Shown: piece after piece, positions 54,145-64,000 of the stretch
How positions within the stretch are numbered: the first letter of the stretch is position 1
Layout of the letters: the number at the start of each line of letters is the position of its first letter
From: the human T2T-CHM13v2.0 reference genome, Homo sapiens
Strand: one strand, 5' to 3'
DNA length: 64,000 nucleotides
Assembly (NCBI RefSeq): GCF_009914755.1
Contig: NC_060928.1
Position numbers and translations under genes: made by a program
The notes under the pieces: model-generated
Seen by the model: only the letters and a program-made list of their open reading frames with translations
What the model was told of the DNA's origin: nothing
Databases searched by the model: none

Positions 54145-57100
54145 ATTTGTTCATCTACTTACTCAAACATGTATTGTGTGTTTACTCAGTGGCAGGCTCT
54201 GTCCTAGGTGCTGGGGATGGAGCAGTGCAGAGAGACAAAAACTCTGCTCTCATAAAGCTCACAATCTACAACCTGAGAGAAGAAAAGGCAGTAAGTGATA
54301 TGGAGGAAAATACAGCAGGGGAGAAGGAGAGAGGGGTGGAATGGGAGCGGTGTGTCACTTTAGAGGGGATGGACAGAAGAAAACCTAAAGAAATTGAGCA
54401 AGGAGGCCGTGCATGCTGTGGAGGGAGCACACTTTAGAAGAAGGCTTGACAGGTGAGAGAACCGCACAGAAGGAGCATGCTGGCATGTTCAAGGGCCAGC
54501 AAGGAAGCAAGCCTGCCTGGAGTAGAATGAGGGAGGGGAAGCGTAGGAGGAGGTTGGGGAGAGCAGAAAGCAGCATTGGGTCATGTAAGGCCTTGTGGGC
54601 TATTTTAAGGACTTTGGCTTTAATTCCGAATGAGCAGAGAAGTGATTAGAGGGTTTTTAGTGGAAGAGTGACATACGCTGACGAGTCTTAATAGTAAGGC
54701 TCAGGCTGAAAGGGAACAAGGGCAGAAGCAGGGAACACTTTTGTGATACTTTAGGTGAGAAGTGAGGTGTTTTACAGTAGAGCAACAGGCAGGAGAATTG
54801 GTGAGACGTGGCTGGATTCTAGACACATTTCAAAAATACAGCTGATTTTGTTGATGGAGTTAATGTAGGATGAAGGCAAAAGAGGAATTAGGCATGAGGG
54901 TTGAGGTCACAATGGAAAGAATGAGAGCTGAAGTTTTATTAACTGAGATGGGGAAGACTGTGTGAGGAGCAGGTTTGAGGGAATACTCAGCAGGTCAGTT
55001 TTGAACATGTTAAGTTTGATTTGTTTGTGTGATATCCAAGATATTCAGTAGGCAGTTGGATATATGAATTTTCTAGGGTCCAGAAAAAAGATTTTGGCCT
55101 GAAGTGTACATTTTGGCATACCCAGTGTATAGATAGTATTCAAAACCGTGTTACTGCATGAGGTCACCAAAAGAGAGAGAGTTTATGAAAAATAGAATAG
55201 GTTCAGGGGCTTGGCCCTGGAGTACTACAATATTTAGAGGTCAGGAAGATGAGAAGCCATCAAGGAGAATGGGAAAGAGTGTCCAGGGATGTAGGAGGAA
55301 AACCTGAAGTTGTGATTTCTTAGAAGCCAAGTGAAAACATTATTTTCAGATGGATGAAATGATAAACTCTGTAAAATGCTGTTGATCCAATAAGCTGAGG
55401 AACTGAACAACAGCCTTAGTAATGTGATGGAAACTGGTGACTTGATCATAGCAATTTTGGTGGAGTGGAGGGGTAAAAGCTGGACTGGAGCTCATTCAAT
55501 GGATGACGGGCAGACCAAGGACTGCTTCAAGGGCTCTTTCTATAAAAGAAAGAAGAGAATAAGAAAAGTAGCTGGAAGAGGAAGTGGAATCAAGAAGGCT
55601 TTCTTTGTAATAGGAAAGAAATAATAGCTTTGTTTTGTTGATGGAAAAATATCAACAGGGAAGGAAAAATAAATAATTTGAGAGAGAGATGGGAGAATTA
55701 CTGGATGGTGTCCTTGAGTTGATGAGAAGTGGGGATGGAGCTTGGTGCACAAGTGGAGGGACTGGCTTTTGCTAGAATCGTGGATAGTTCAGGAAAAGGA
55801 AAGATGTATGGGCAGAGGAGCAGGAAGTGGTGTGGGTGCCGTGCTGGGAGCTGGTTGTGGGGTGGAAGTTCTAATTGCTTCTGTTTTTTTCAGCGAAATA
55901 TGATTCTAGGTTATCAGCTGAGAGTAAAGATAGGAGAGGAGGGGATGGAGGTGGAGGAGGGAGAAGGTGTGAAATAATAATCCAGGAGAGTGGGAGAGAT
56001 AGCAGTTGAGGGTAAGACAGTATGATTGGCAGGCAGCATGAAGGGTCTGCTTGAGCATCATGATCAGGAATTTAAAGTGAGTGGAGGTGGCATGTGTGTG
56101 TGTTCTTCTGCAGCTACATTCAGACATGGGATCACATGGAGAGTTATATATAGCCAGGAATGTGGTTTAGCTAAACACATATGGCAGAACTAGAGAAACA
56201 CAAGGGAACTGAGGATGCATATAAGGTAATGAATAAAATAACGATAAAGACTATGCATAGGATTCATGCCAAGTGAGGAGATAAGTGGGCACCGTGAAAA
56301 GATGAATAGGCTCTAACTATTAAGGATTGAAGGATTTCTGGAGTTGGATGAGTAGATTAGCAAGAGAGTAAGTGCTGTTCAGAGGGTTGGATGCTTAAAA
56401 TTGAAATACTAGAGGAAGTTTATAATTATTGGAAAGGAAAATGTCTAGAATGTGACCATGGAAGTGAGCGGATAAGGTAGAGAAAAGAAGGAATCATTGA
56501 GGAATTCAAGAACCTGAACACCTGGAGTTTTGGAAGAGTCACCTGTGTATATGTAGGAGAAAGTGGCAGTGAGCTAGAAGCTAAAATCTTCAAGGGACAA
56601 GGAATGGCATCAAGAGGATACAGGCTGATGACATCAGGAGGTTTAAAAAGAGGAGGAAGAAAAATAGTTTAAAAGAGTTTAAAAGAGTGGTGAGAAGCAA
56701 GAAGCAAAATAGAGCTCCCCCAAGTTCGGTGATTAATAGGAATACGAGATCCAAAGACACTGCTTCCCTGAAGTCTACTCAAGTGAAGTATGCATCACTT
56801 GAGTAGACTTCAGGGAAGCAGTGTCTTTGGATTCTAGTTAGAGCAAGAAGCTTAAAAGGGATATTTAGAGAACAGATTTAGCCCAGAGTATTTGCTAATG
56901 ACTACACCCATGCATTCTAAAGGATCAGTGTGGGAGTTTTGGGAAATGGGAAGTGATAGGAGACAGAATCAGAAAAGGAGGTATACAGAAGTGGAGAGGG
57001 ATAAGATTTGCAGGGATGATGGTGGAGTTGGTGACTATCATAAACAGGGATAGAGGACATGATAAGTTTAGCCCAGACAGTCCCAAGCAGATAGCAATTG
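54145..57100 (-). mobile_element. Long degenerate L2 LINE tract
   Basis: L2 3'-end motif (ttcatctacttactcaaacatgtattg...gctctgtcctaggtgctgggga) followed by about 3 kb of purine-rich L2-like sequence (ttgaacatgttaagtttga, gtaggcagttggatatatga, gaagccaagtgaaaa). The far boundary is uncertain. Confidence 0.75.
56749..56832. repeat. Perfect inverted repeat, 38-bp arms, 8-nt spacer
   Basis: atccaaagacactgcttccctgaagtctactcaagtga - agtatgca - tcacttgagtagacttcagggaagcagtgtctttggat; arms checked base by base. Confidence 0.98.
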
Positions 57101-57424
57101 TGACTTTGTGGAAACTATCTGGAGAAAGAAGTGGAGGGAATCTCTCCAGGAGTCTGTAGAGTTCAGGAGTCCCATCTTGATTTTTGCTGTTGGAGACAAA
57201 GAGAGGAAAGATCTTAATGCAAATATGCACTCACTGCAATTCTTCCAGTATGCACTACAAACACAGGTGGTGTGTGAGATGAGGTGAAGCTGCCATTCCT
57301 GCCTAGTCATTTTTCTCCTGGTTATTTTCTTTGTGCCTTTAAGAATCTTCCAGCCCTTTTGCAGTAGCTGAGATTTTGCCAACTGATGTTCTCATATTCT
57401 GTTTTATGGCTGATCATTAATTCT

Positions 57425-58684
57425 TTTATTATTATTATTATTATACTTTAAGTTCTGTGATACATGTGCAGAACGTGCAGGTTTGTTATATAGGTATACA
57501 CTTGCCATGGTGGTTTGCTGCACCCATCAACCCATCATCTACATTAGGTATTTCTCCTAATGCTGTCCCTCCCCTAGCCTCCCACTCCCCAACAGGCCCC
57601 GGTGTGTGATGTTTCCCTCCGTGTGCCCATGTATTCTCATTGTTCAGCTCCCACTTATGAGTGAGATGCAGTGTTTGGTTGTCTGTTCCTGTGTTAATTT
57701 GCTGGGAATGATGGTTTCCAGCTTCGTCCATGTCCCTGCAAAGGACATGAACTCATCCTTTTTTATGGCTGCATAGTATTCCATGGTGTATATGTGCCAC
57801 ATTTTCTTTATCCCGTCTATCATTGATAGGCATTTGGGTTGGTTCCAAGTCTTTGCTATTGTGAATAGTGCTGCAATGAACACACATGTGCATGTGTCTT
57901 TATAGTAGAATGATTTATAATCCTTTGGGTGTATACCCAGTAATGGGATTGCTGGGTCAAATGGTTTGGTTCTAGATCTGGTTCTAGATCCTTGAGGAAT
58001 TGCCACTCTGTCTTCCACAATGGTTGAGCTAATTTACACTCCCACCAATACTGTAAAAGTGCTCCTATTTCTCCAAATCCTCTCCAGCATCTGTTGTTTC
58101 CTGACTTTTTAGTGATAGCCATTCTAACTGGTGTGAGATGGTATCTCATTGTGGTTTTGATTTGCATTTCTTTAATGACCAGTGATAATAAGCTTTTTTT
58201 CATATGTTTGTTGGCCACATAAATGTCTTCTTTTGAGAAGTGTCTGTTCATATCCTTTGCCCACTTTTTGATGGCATTGTTTTTTTCTTGTAAATTTGTT
58301 TAAGTTTCTTGTAGATTCTGGATATTATCCTTTTGTCAGATGAACAGATTGCAAATTATTTCCCCATTCTGTAGGTTGCCTATTTACTCTGATGAAAGTT
58401 TCTTTCACTGTGCAGAAGCTCTTTAGTTTAATTAGATCCCATTTGTCAATTTTGGCTGTTGTTGGCATTGCTTTTAGTGTTTTAGTCATGAAGTCTTTGT
58501 CCATGCCTATGTCCTGAATGGTATTGCCTAGGTTTTCTTCTAGGGTTCTTATGGTTTTAGGTCTTACATTTAAATTTTTAATCCATCTTGAGTTGATTTT
58601 TGATAAGGTGTAAGGAAGGGGTTCAGTTTCAGTTTTCTGCATATGGCTAGCCAGTTTTCCCCACACCATGTATTAAATAGGGAA
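57425..58684 (-). mobile_element. L1PA7-like 3' segment (3'UTR plus disrupted ORF2 C-terminus)
   Basis: (TTA)n tail; frameshifted ORF2 peptides such as [19 protein letters not shown] and [14 protein letters not shown]. Confidence 0.96.
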
Positions 58685-59190
58685 GGCACAGCTTGAGCAG
58701 ACTTAAACGTTCCTGCCTGCCAGCTCTGAAGAGAGCAGTGGATCTCCCAGCACAGCACTCGAGCTCTGCTAAGGGACAGACTGCCTCCTCAAGTGGGTCC
58801 CTGACTCCCATGCCTCTTGACTGGGAGACACCTTACAGCAGGAGCTGACAGACACCTCATACAGGAGAGCTCTGGCTGGCATCTGGCAGGTGCCCCTCTG
58901 GGATGAAACTTCCAGAGGAAGGAACAGGCAGGAATCTTTGCTGTTCTGCAGCCTCTGCTGGTGATACCCAGGCAAACGATCTGGAGTAGACCTCCAGCAA
59001 ATTCCAGCAGACCTGCAGCAGAGGGGCCTGACTGTTAGAAGGAAAACTAACAAACAGAAAGGAATAGCATCAACATCAACAAAAAGGACGTCCACACAAA
59101 AACCCCATTTGAAGGTCAGCAACATCAAAGACCAAAGGTAGGTAAATACACGAAGATGAAGAAAAACCAGGGCAAAAAGGCTGAAAAAAA
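58685..59190 (+). mobile_element. Inverted L1PA 5'UTR segment ending at the ORF1 start
   Basis: gcagacttaaacgttcctg...agggacagactgcctcctcaagtgggtccctga...gacctgcagcagagggg...agatgaagaaaaaccagggcaaaaaggctgaa. Confidence 0.92.
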
Positions 59191-59278
59191 GATTCTAAAC
59201 AGTTTTTTCTTCCCTCTGTAGAAGTTTCCCAGTACTTTCCCACCCATCCCTCCCTCCCCTCCTGGATATCTTCCCGTG

Positions 59279-59322
<44 letters not shown>

Positions 59323-59346
59323 CTCCCTCACTCACTCTCTATCTCT
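59279..59346. repeat. (TC)n microsatellite
   Basis: Visible run. Confidence 0.95.
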
Positions 59347-62300
59347 GTATTGATGATTGTAAAGAAGTAAACAAATCCTATGATCTCTAGTCTTTTCAAG
59401 GCCTCTTCTCTTATGGAATACATAGAAGAAAAGAAAAAGGAAACCTTATTTTAAAATGGCAACTTCTTCAAATTGGGAATTCTCTTCTTAGAAAAAAAGG
59501 AATTTGTGTAGAAGAGAATTCGTCAGAATTAAGCAGTGGTTGTCAGATTGATGTGGGCATGATCAGAGCAACTGTCTGTGAATGAAGCTGCATATGTGCA
59601 AGTGTAGAGCCTCATGTGGCAGTTGTTTTTAGTCCCCATACTCAGTTCATTTTTTACCTTTTTCCTCAGAAATGAAAGGTCTTCAGGGTAGGATAAAAGA
59701 GACCAAGATGCAGATGAGCAAGAGCCCATAAAGGCACACCTTGGGGCATAAGGACACTTCCCCATTCCACACCCCACCCCACCCCCTAAACTGTCATTAC
59801 TTAAAAAAAAAAAAGAAAGCTCTTTATGCAGGCTGGAGTGGGCAGAGGGGACAGTTTGAAATAAATCTCTGCACCTCAGTGGGTATGCAGTCATTGCTGC
59901 AGTCAGTGAAGGCTGTTACTGCCCTTGGGAAAAAGAGAATTTGCAATGTGATATTTCCTTTGAGGAATAAAGGAAGACAGCAACAGTGCCTATGGGAGTT
60001 AGAGGAGGGAAGCAGGCAGAGAAAACCATTTATCAGAAAGTTGAGAATATAGTTTCTCATCCAAAGTAACCTCAGAAGTTTTTCAAGAGATTTGTTGTTC
60101 AAGTTCCCTTGGAATTATAAGTCTCGATGCCAAACTAATGGTCACTTTGGCCCTTTTTAACAACTCTACTTTTAGTGAAATTTTTGCATCTTAAAAAAGA
60201 CACTAGTTTCTTATTAACCAATTGTGTCCCCAGCTAGCAGTTTTGCAATATGCAGACAGGAAAGCAAGTCCCGCAAACTGGGAACTTGGAACTTTAGCAA
60301 CACAGGAAATTTGAGGGGTTTACAAAGAAAAGCTCACAGAGTATACAAATATAAACAGGGTTAAAATTAAACTTACCAGGGAGAGACACTATCACTGACT
60401 TACATGAACCTATTTCAAAGAATGATTTATAAACTAGAATTTAAGCTTCAGTGTCATATAACGACAGGAGCACAGTGTTGGAAAGAACAAGACCCAGGAT
60501 TGACACATAATAGATATCCAATTAATATTTGATAAATGAATGATTGAGTGGATATTGGGCCAGCCACTTAAATCATTCTGAATCTCAAATTATCCATTCA
60601 TGAAGTGGGAAATAATAATACCTGTTATATCAAATAATAGTTTATTGCATGCCTATTACATCCTCATCACTGTGCTACAGTGTATGTGTTACATAGTGTG
60701 TGTGCGTATATACATATGTACATATGTATAATCTTCACAACATACTTCTCTACTTTAAAAGGAGACGATTGGGTCCTCAGATGATACATATGAAAATCAA
60801 TTGTGTTGTGCACACTCATTTAGGAAACCAAATTATGGCTCTGATGGTTATATTTACATAGAATTTGGTTAGCAAAGTTAGGCTAGCCACAAATGATTAT
60901 TTCACCCACATCAGAGTAGATGGACGGACAAATTCTGGACAAGTACTAACAAGTATATTCCTTTTGATTTTGGCTATGAAGTTTCTAATTAATTGTTATA
61001 ATTTCTTTTAGATAATTTATAGTCCTATGGGACACAGGAAAGCTTCTAATACTTAGGAAGGTTCTAGTCATGCCTCCTTAAGCATCCACTCTGCTTTCTA
61101 GATGGAAAGATCCACATATTATTAGGTTCTATTTACAAACCAACTCTTAAGACAACATTTCTTCTACTTATAGGGGGAAACTTCTTTTGGTCCCCTAAGA
61201 AAATACATCTGTGTGCCTCAGTTTGAGAAAACCTGCATCAAAATTTGAATGTTCCCTTTAAGTGATTCCTTGAAATAAACACAATCAGAAGCATGATCAA
61301 GAACAAAAAATTACTAAATGTTAATTAAATATGATTATCCAGATGACCCAGAATATGCTTCTATTAATGTGTTTCAGATTGGCACTAAAATAAACATGTA
61401 AAATTTAAAAATTGTCATAGAACTCTGAGATCCTTAATAACAAAGGCTATTTAAATTAAGTCCTTCCTTCAGAATCTAGTTTCCCCTTGTATGTGTTAAT
61501 GGTAACCAATTTGGGCCTCAGAGAGTGAATGTCTCCTGATTTTGTTTCCAAAGATGGATATATTTATACCTGACTTGTTCATGCACTGACTTGCATTTGC
61601 TGACAAAATGTAGAGTACCTGGGTGAATTAAGCAAACTCCTATTTACCTTCATACTGTACACATTATTAATTAGCCCATTTATTGTACAAACATTATTGA
61701 AGTGCACCTTTTTTGTGCCAGGTACTATATTAGGTGTAGAGGTTACCAGTATTAATAAAATTTGACCATTTCTCATGAAAAAGAAGCCTTGTTGGGAAGA
61801 TAAACAGGAAACACACAAATACAATAAATTGGTTAAAAGAACCAAATTTTATGATTGCTCAGAGGAGAAAGTGACTAAGCCAGCTTGTGTGTCTCAGACA
61901 TACCTGAAATTGATACCAAACACCATTTATAGGAATTATTTTATAATGATGGAAAACAGAGTACCAGGGTGTTATTTAGAAGACTCTTCAAAGCTTTTAT
62001 TGTCTAATGCTCCCTCCTCTCTCTTCCCACAGAGTCCAGCATGCCAAATTTGGCTTATTTTTAATTAAAATTATAAAAAATGTGGAGAAGATCGGAAGTC
62101 ATTGTAATGCTCTAATAATATTACCAAACTTTTATATTGATACCTTGAAATATAGACTTGGTTTCTAGCACAATGTTTAGCAAACAATAAATAGTCAACA
62201 AATGTTTTAGTATGTGAATACTTGAATTTAGTTACTATTTATTGAATTTAAGCTATCCCTAGTCTATTAATTTGAAAACTCTGTATCATGTTTTATCCGA

Positions 62301-62711
62301 GTTTAGTATTTTGTTCAAAAATATTTCTTTACTTGTGCCTCATTAGAAGCAGGAGGATAGGGCACACACTGGAATCTGCTGTGGAATTTCTTTAGTTCTA
62401 GCCTCCCTTTTTGCTTCCTTTCCTTCGAGGTCCTGCCACCTCTTTCTTCTCAATTCCGATGTCACCGTTGGTGCCTGGAGGCATCTCCACTTCTGGCTGT
62501 CTCACTAGAGAATTCTCTTGTTTCATGGTACATACTCCTTCCCCTGCTTGCCAACCTTGATAAATTCTATGTCAGTAGGAGAAAGTTCAGGTTTTTAATG
62601 CCCTCTTTTAAGATGGGTTCATTGAAATGTTAAATGAGTCAGTGATAAACATGCAGAACTAAGACCTAGTCTTTTGGATTGTATCTTTAAAAACTTCTAG
62701 AAATTATACTC

Positions 62712-62789
62712 TTATTACTTGTCATCTGATCTTAGAAACACAGAATTTTGTTATTACTTGTCATCTGATCTTAGAAACACAGAATTTTG
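62712..62789. repeat. Perfect 39-bp tandem duplication
   Basis: ttattacttgtcatctgatcttagaaacacagaattttg x2 (62712-62750, 62751-62789). Confidence 0.97.
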
Positions 62790-62857
62790 TTACTGTAAAA
62801 AAAAACTTAAGGGAGAAACCATTCTAAACCCTTTGCTCCATTTTTACTTAGCATTTA

Positions 62858-63127
62858 CTTTTATTTATTTATTTATCTATTTATTTACTTATTTTGAGGC
62901 AAGGGGTTTGCTCTGTCACCCAGGCTGGAGTGCAGCCTCAGCTTCCCAAGTAGCTGAGATTACAGGTGCACACCACTGAGTCAGGCTAATTTTTTAGTTT
63001 TCATTTTTTGTAGAGACAGGGCTCTCTATGTTGCCAAGGCTGGTCTTGAACTGCTGGGCTCAAGCAATCCTCCCGCCTCGGCCTCCCAAAGTGCTCGGAT
63101 TATAAGCGTGAGCCACTGTGCCTGCCT
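62858..63127 (-). mobile_element. AluJ-like element with internal deletion
   Basis: (TTTA)n tail; ggagtgca joins directly to gcctcagc, so part of the right arm is missing. Confidence 0.92.
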
Positions 63128-63775
63128 AGAATTCACTTTTAAATGCTGAGCTTGGCATGCATTTGACACCATAACATTCTACAATTCATTTTAATGTTTT
63201 TTTTTTTCTAATTTTGATGTATTTGGACATTAAATATCTACAAACCTAAAAGAAATAATTTTTAGAGACTGAGATATTTTCTATTAAAAAATAGAGCTAA
63301 TGAGAAGTTGAGGTCTAAAGAAAATAAAATAGGATTATGATGCAGAGGCCATTGGTTTTTGTGTTACGGAGGCCAGGGAGGTGAAAAGGGGAGGAGGTTT
63401 AAAAGTGCAGTTTCTGAGCCAGAATCACCAGGTAGTTGATAACTCAGAATGTTCAGTTCAGGATTATATGAATTAATGCAATTAAGCACTTAGAACAGAA
63501 CCTGACACAGAAGAATAAACTCTGATACATTTTAGCTATTATTTAAATGATTTGCCACTCACTTTTAAATTTAATTTTTACATTCCTTTAAACCATGACT
63601 ATTATAATAAGTAGTTCAGATAATTTTTCTTCTTTGAGCCTTATAGAAATGTTTTCTTCTTATACATGTTAAGCCAACTACTAAAGAAATAATTTACCTA
63701 TGTAATCTTATAAAAATTAATTTAACCAAAGAAATGAGAGACCACATGAAAATGGCATTTACATAGGAGAGTTGA

Positions 63776-64000
63776 GGCTGGGTATGGTGGTTCACGCCTA
63801 TAATCCCAGCACTTTGGGAGGCCGAGGTGGGAGGATCACCTGAGGTCAGGAGTTTGAGACCATCCTGGCCAACAGGGTGAAACCCCGTCTCTACTAAAAA
63901 TACCAAAAAAATTAGCCAGGTGTGGTGGCATGTGCCTGTAATACCAACTACTCGGGAGACGGAGGCAGGAGAATCGCTTGAACCTGGGAGGCGGAGGTTG
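63776..64000 (+). mobile_element. AluS element, cut by the window edge
   Basis: ggctgggtatggtggttcacgcctataatcccagcactttgggaggccgagg... Confidence 0.96.

Noticed and set aside
57486-58758. L1 ORF2-like ORFs as a functional reverse transcriptase gene
   Set aside because: Fragmented by frameshifts and stops, 5'-truncated, with no endonuclease or RT core.
62712-62789. Direct repeats as a CRISPR-like array
   Set aside because: Two adjacent copies with no spacer and no cas genes, in a eukaryotic context.

Overview
This is primate genomic DNA, almost certainly human: AT-rich, CpG-depleted and dense in Alu, L1, L2, MIR and LTR relics. It lies inside ANK2 (ankyrin-B) on the + strand. The one securely identified coding exon is the 102-nt phase-0/0 exon at 47134-47235 ([34 protein letters not shown], start of ANK repeat 1). 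The rest is the long upstream intron and part of the next intron. The upstream intron holds three candidate splice modules: an alternative first coding exon (18587-18721, MGNAALCSSC..., possibly lipid-modified), a 45-nt in-frame cassette exon (23798-23842), and a recursive-splice/poison exon (12912-13123). It also holds the MIR8082 hairpin (about 25000-25080). The next intron contains a perfect 38-bp-arm palindrome inside an old L2-like tract (56749-56832), a tailless AluY that still has a target-site duplication (TSD), an inverted L1 with a large internal gap, and a perfect 39-bp tandem duplication. Nearly all ORFs in the supplied track are chance or repeat-derived, and no prokaryotic-type system is present. 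Repeat subfamily calls and boundaries of old repeats were made by eye and are approximate.
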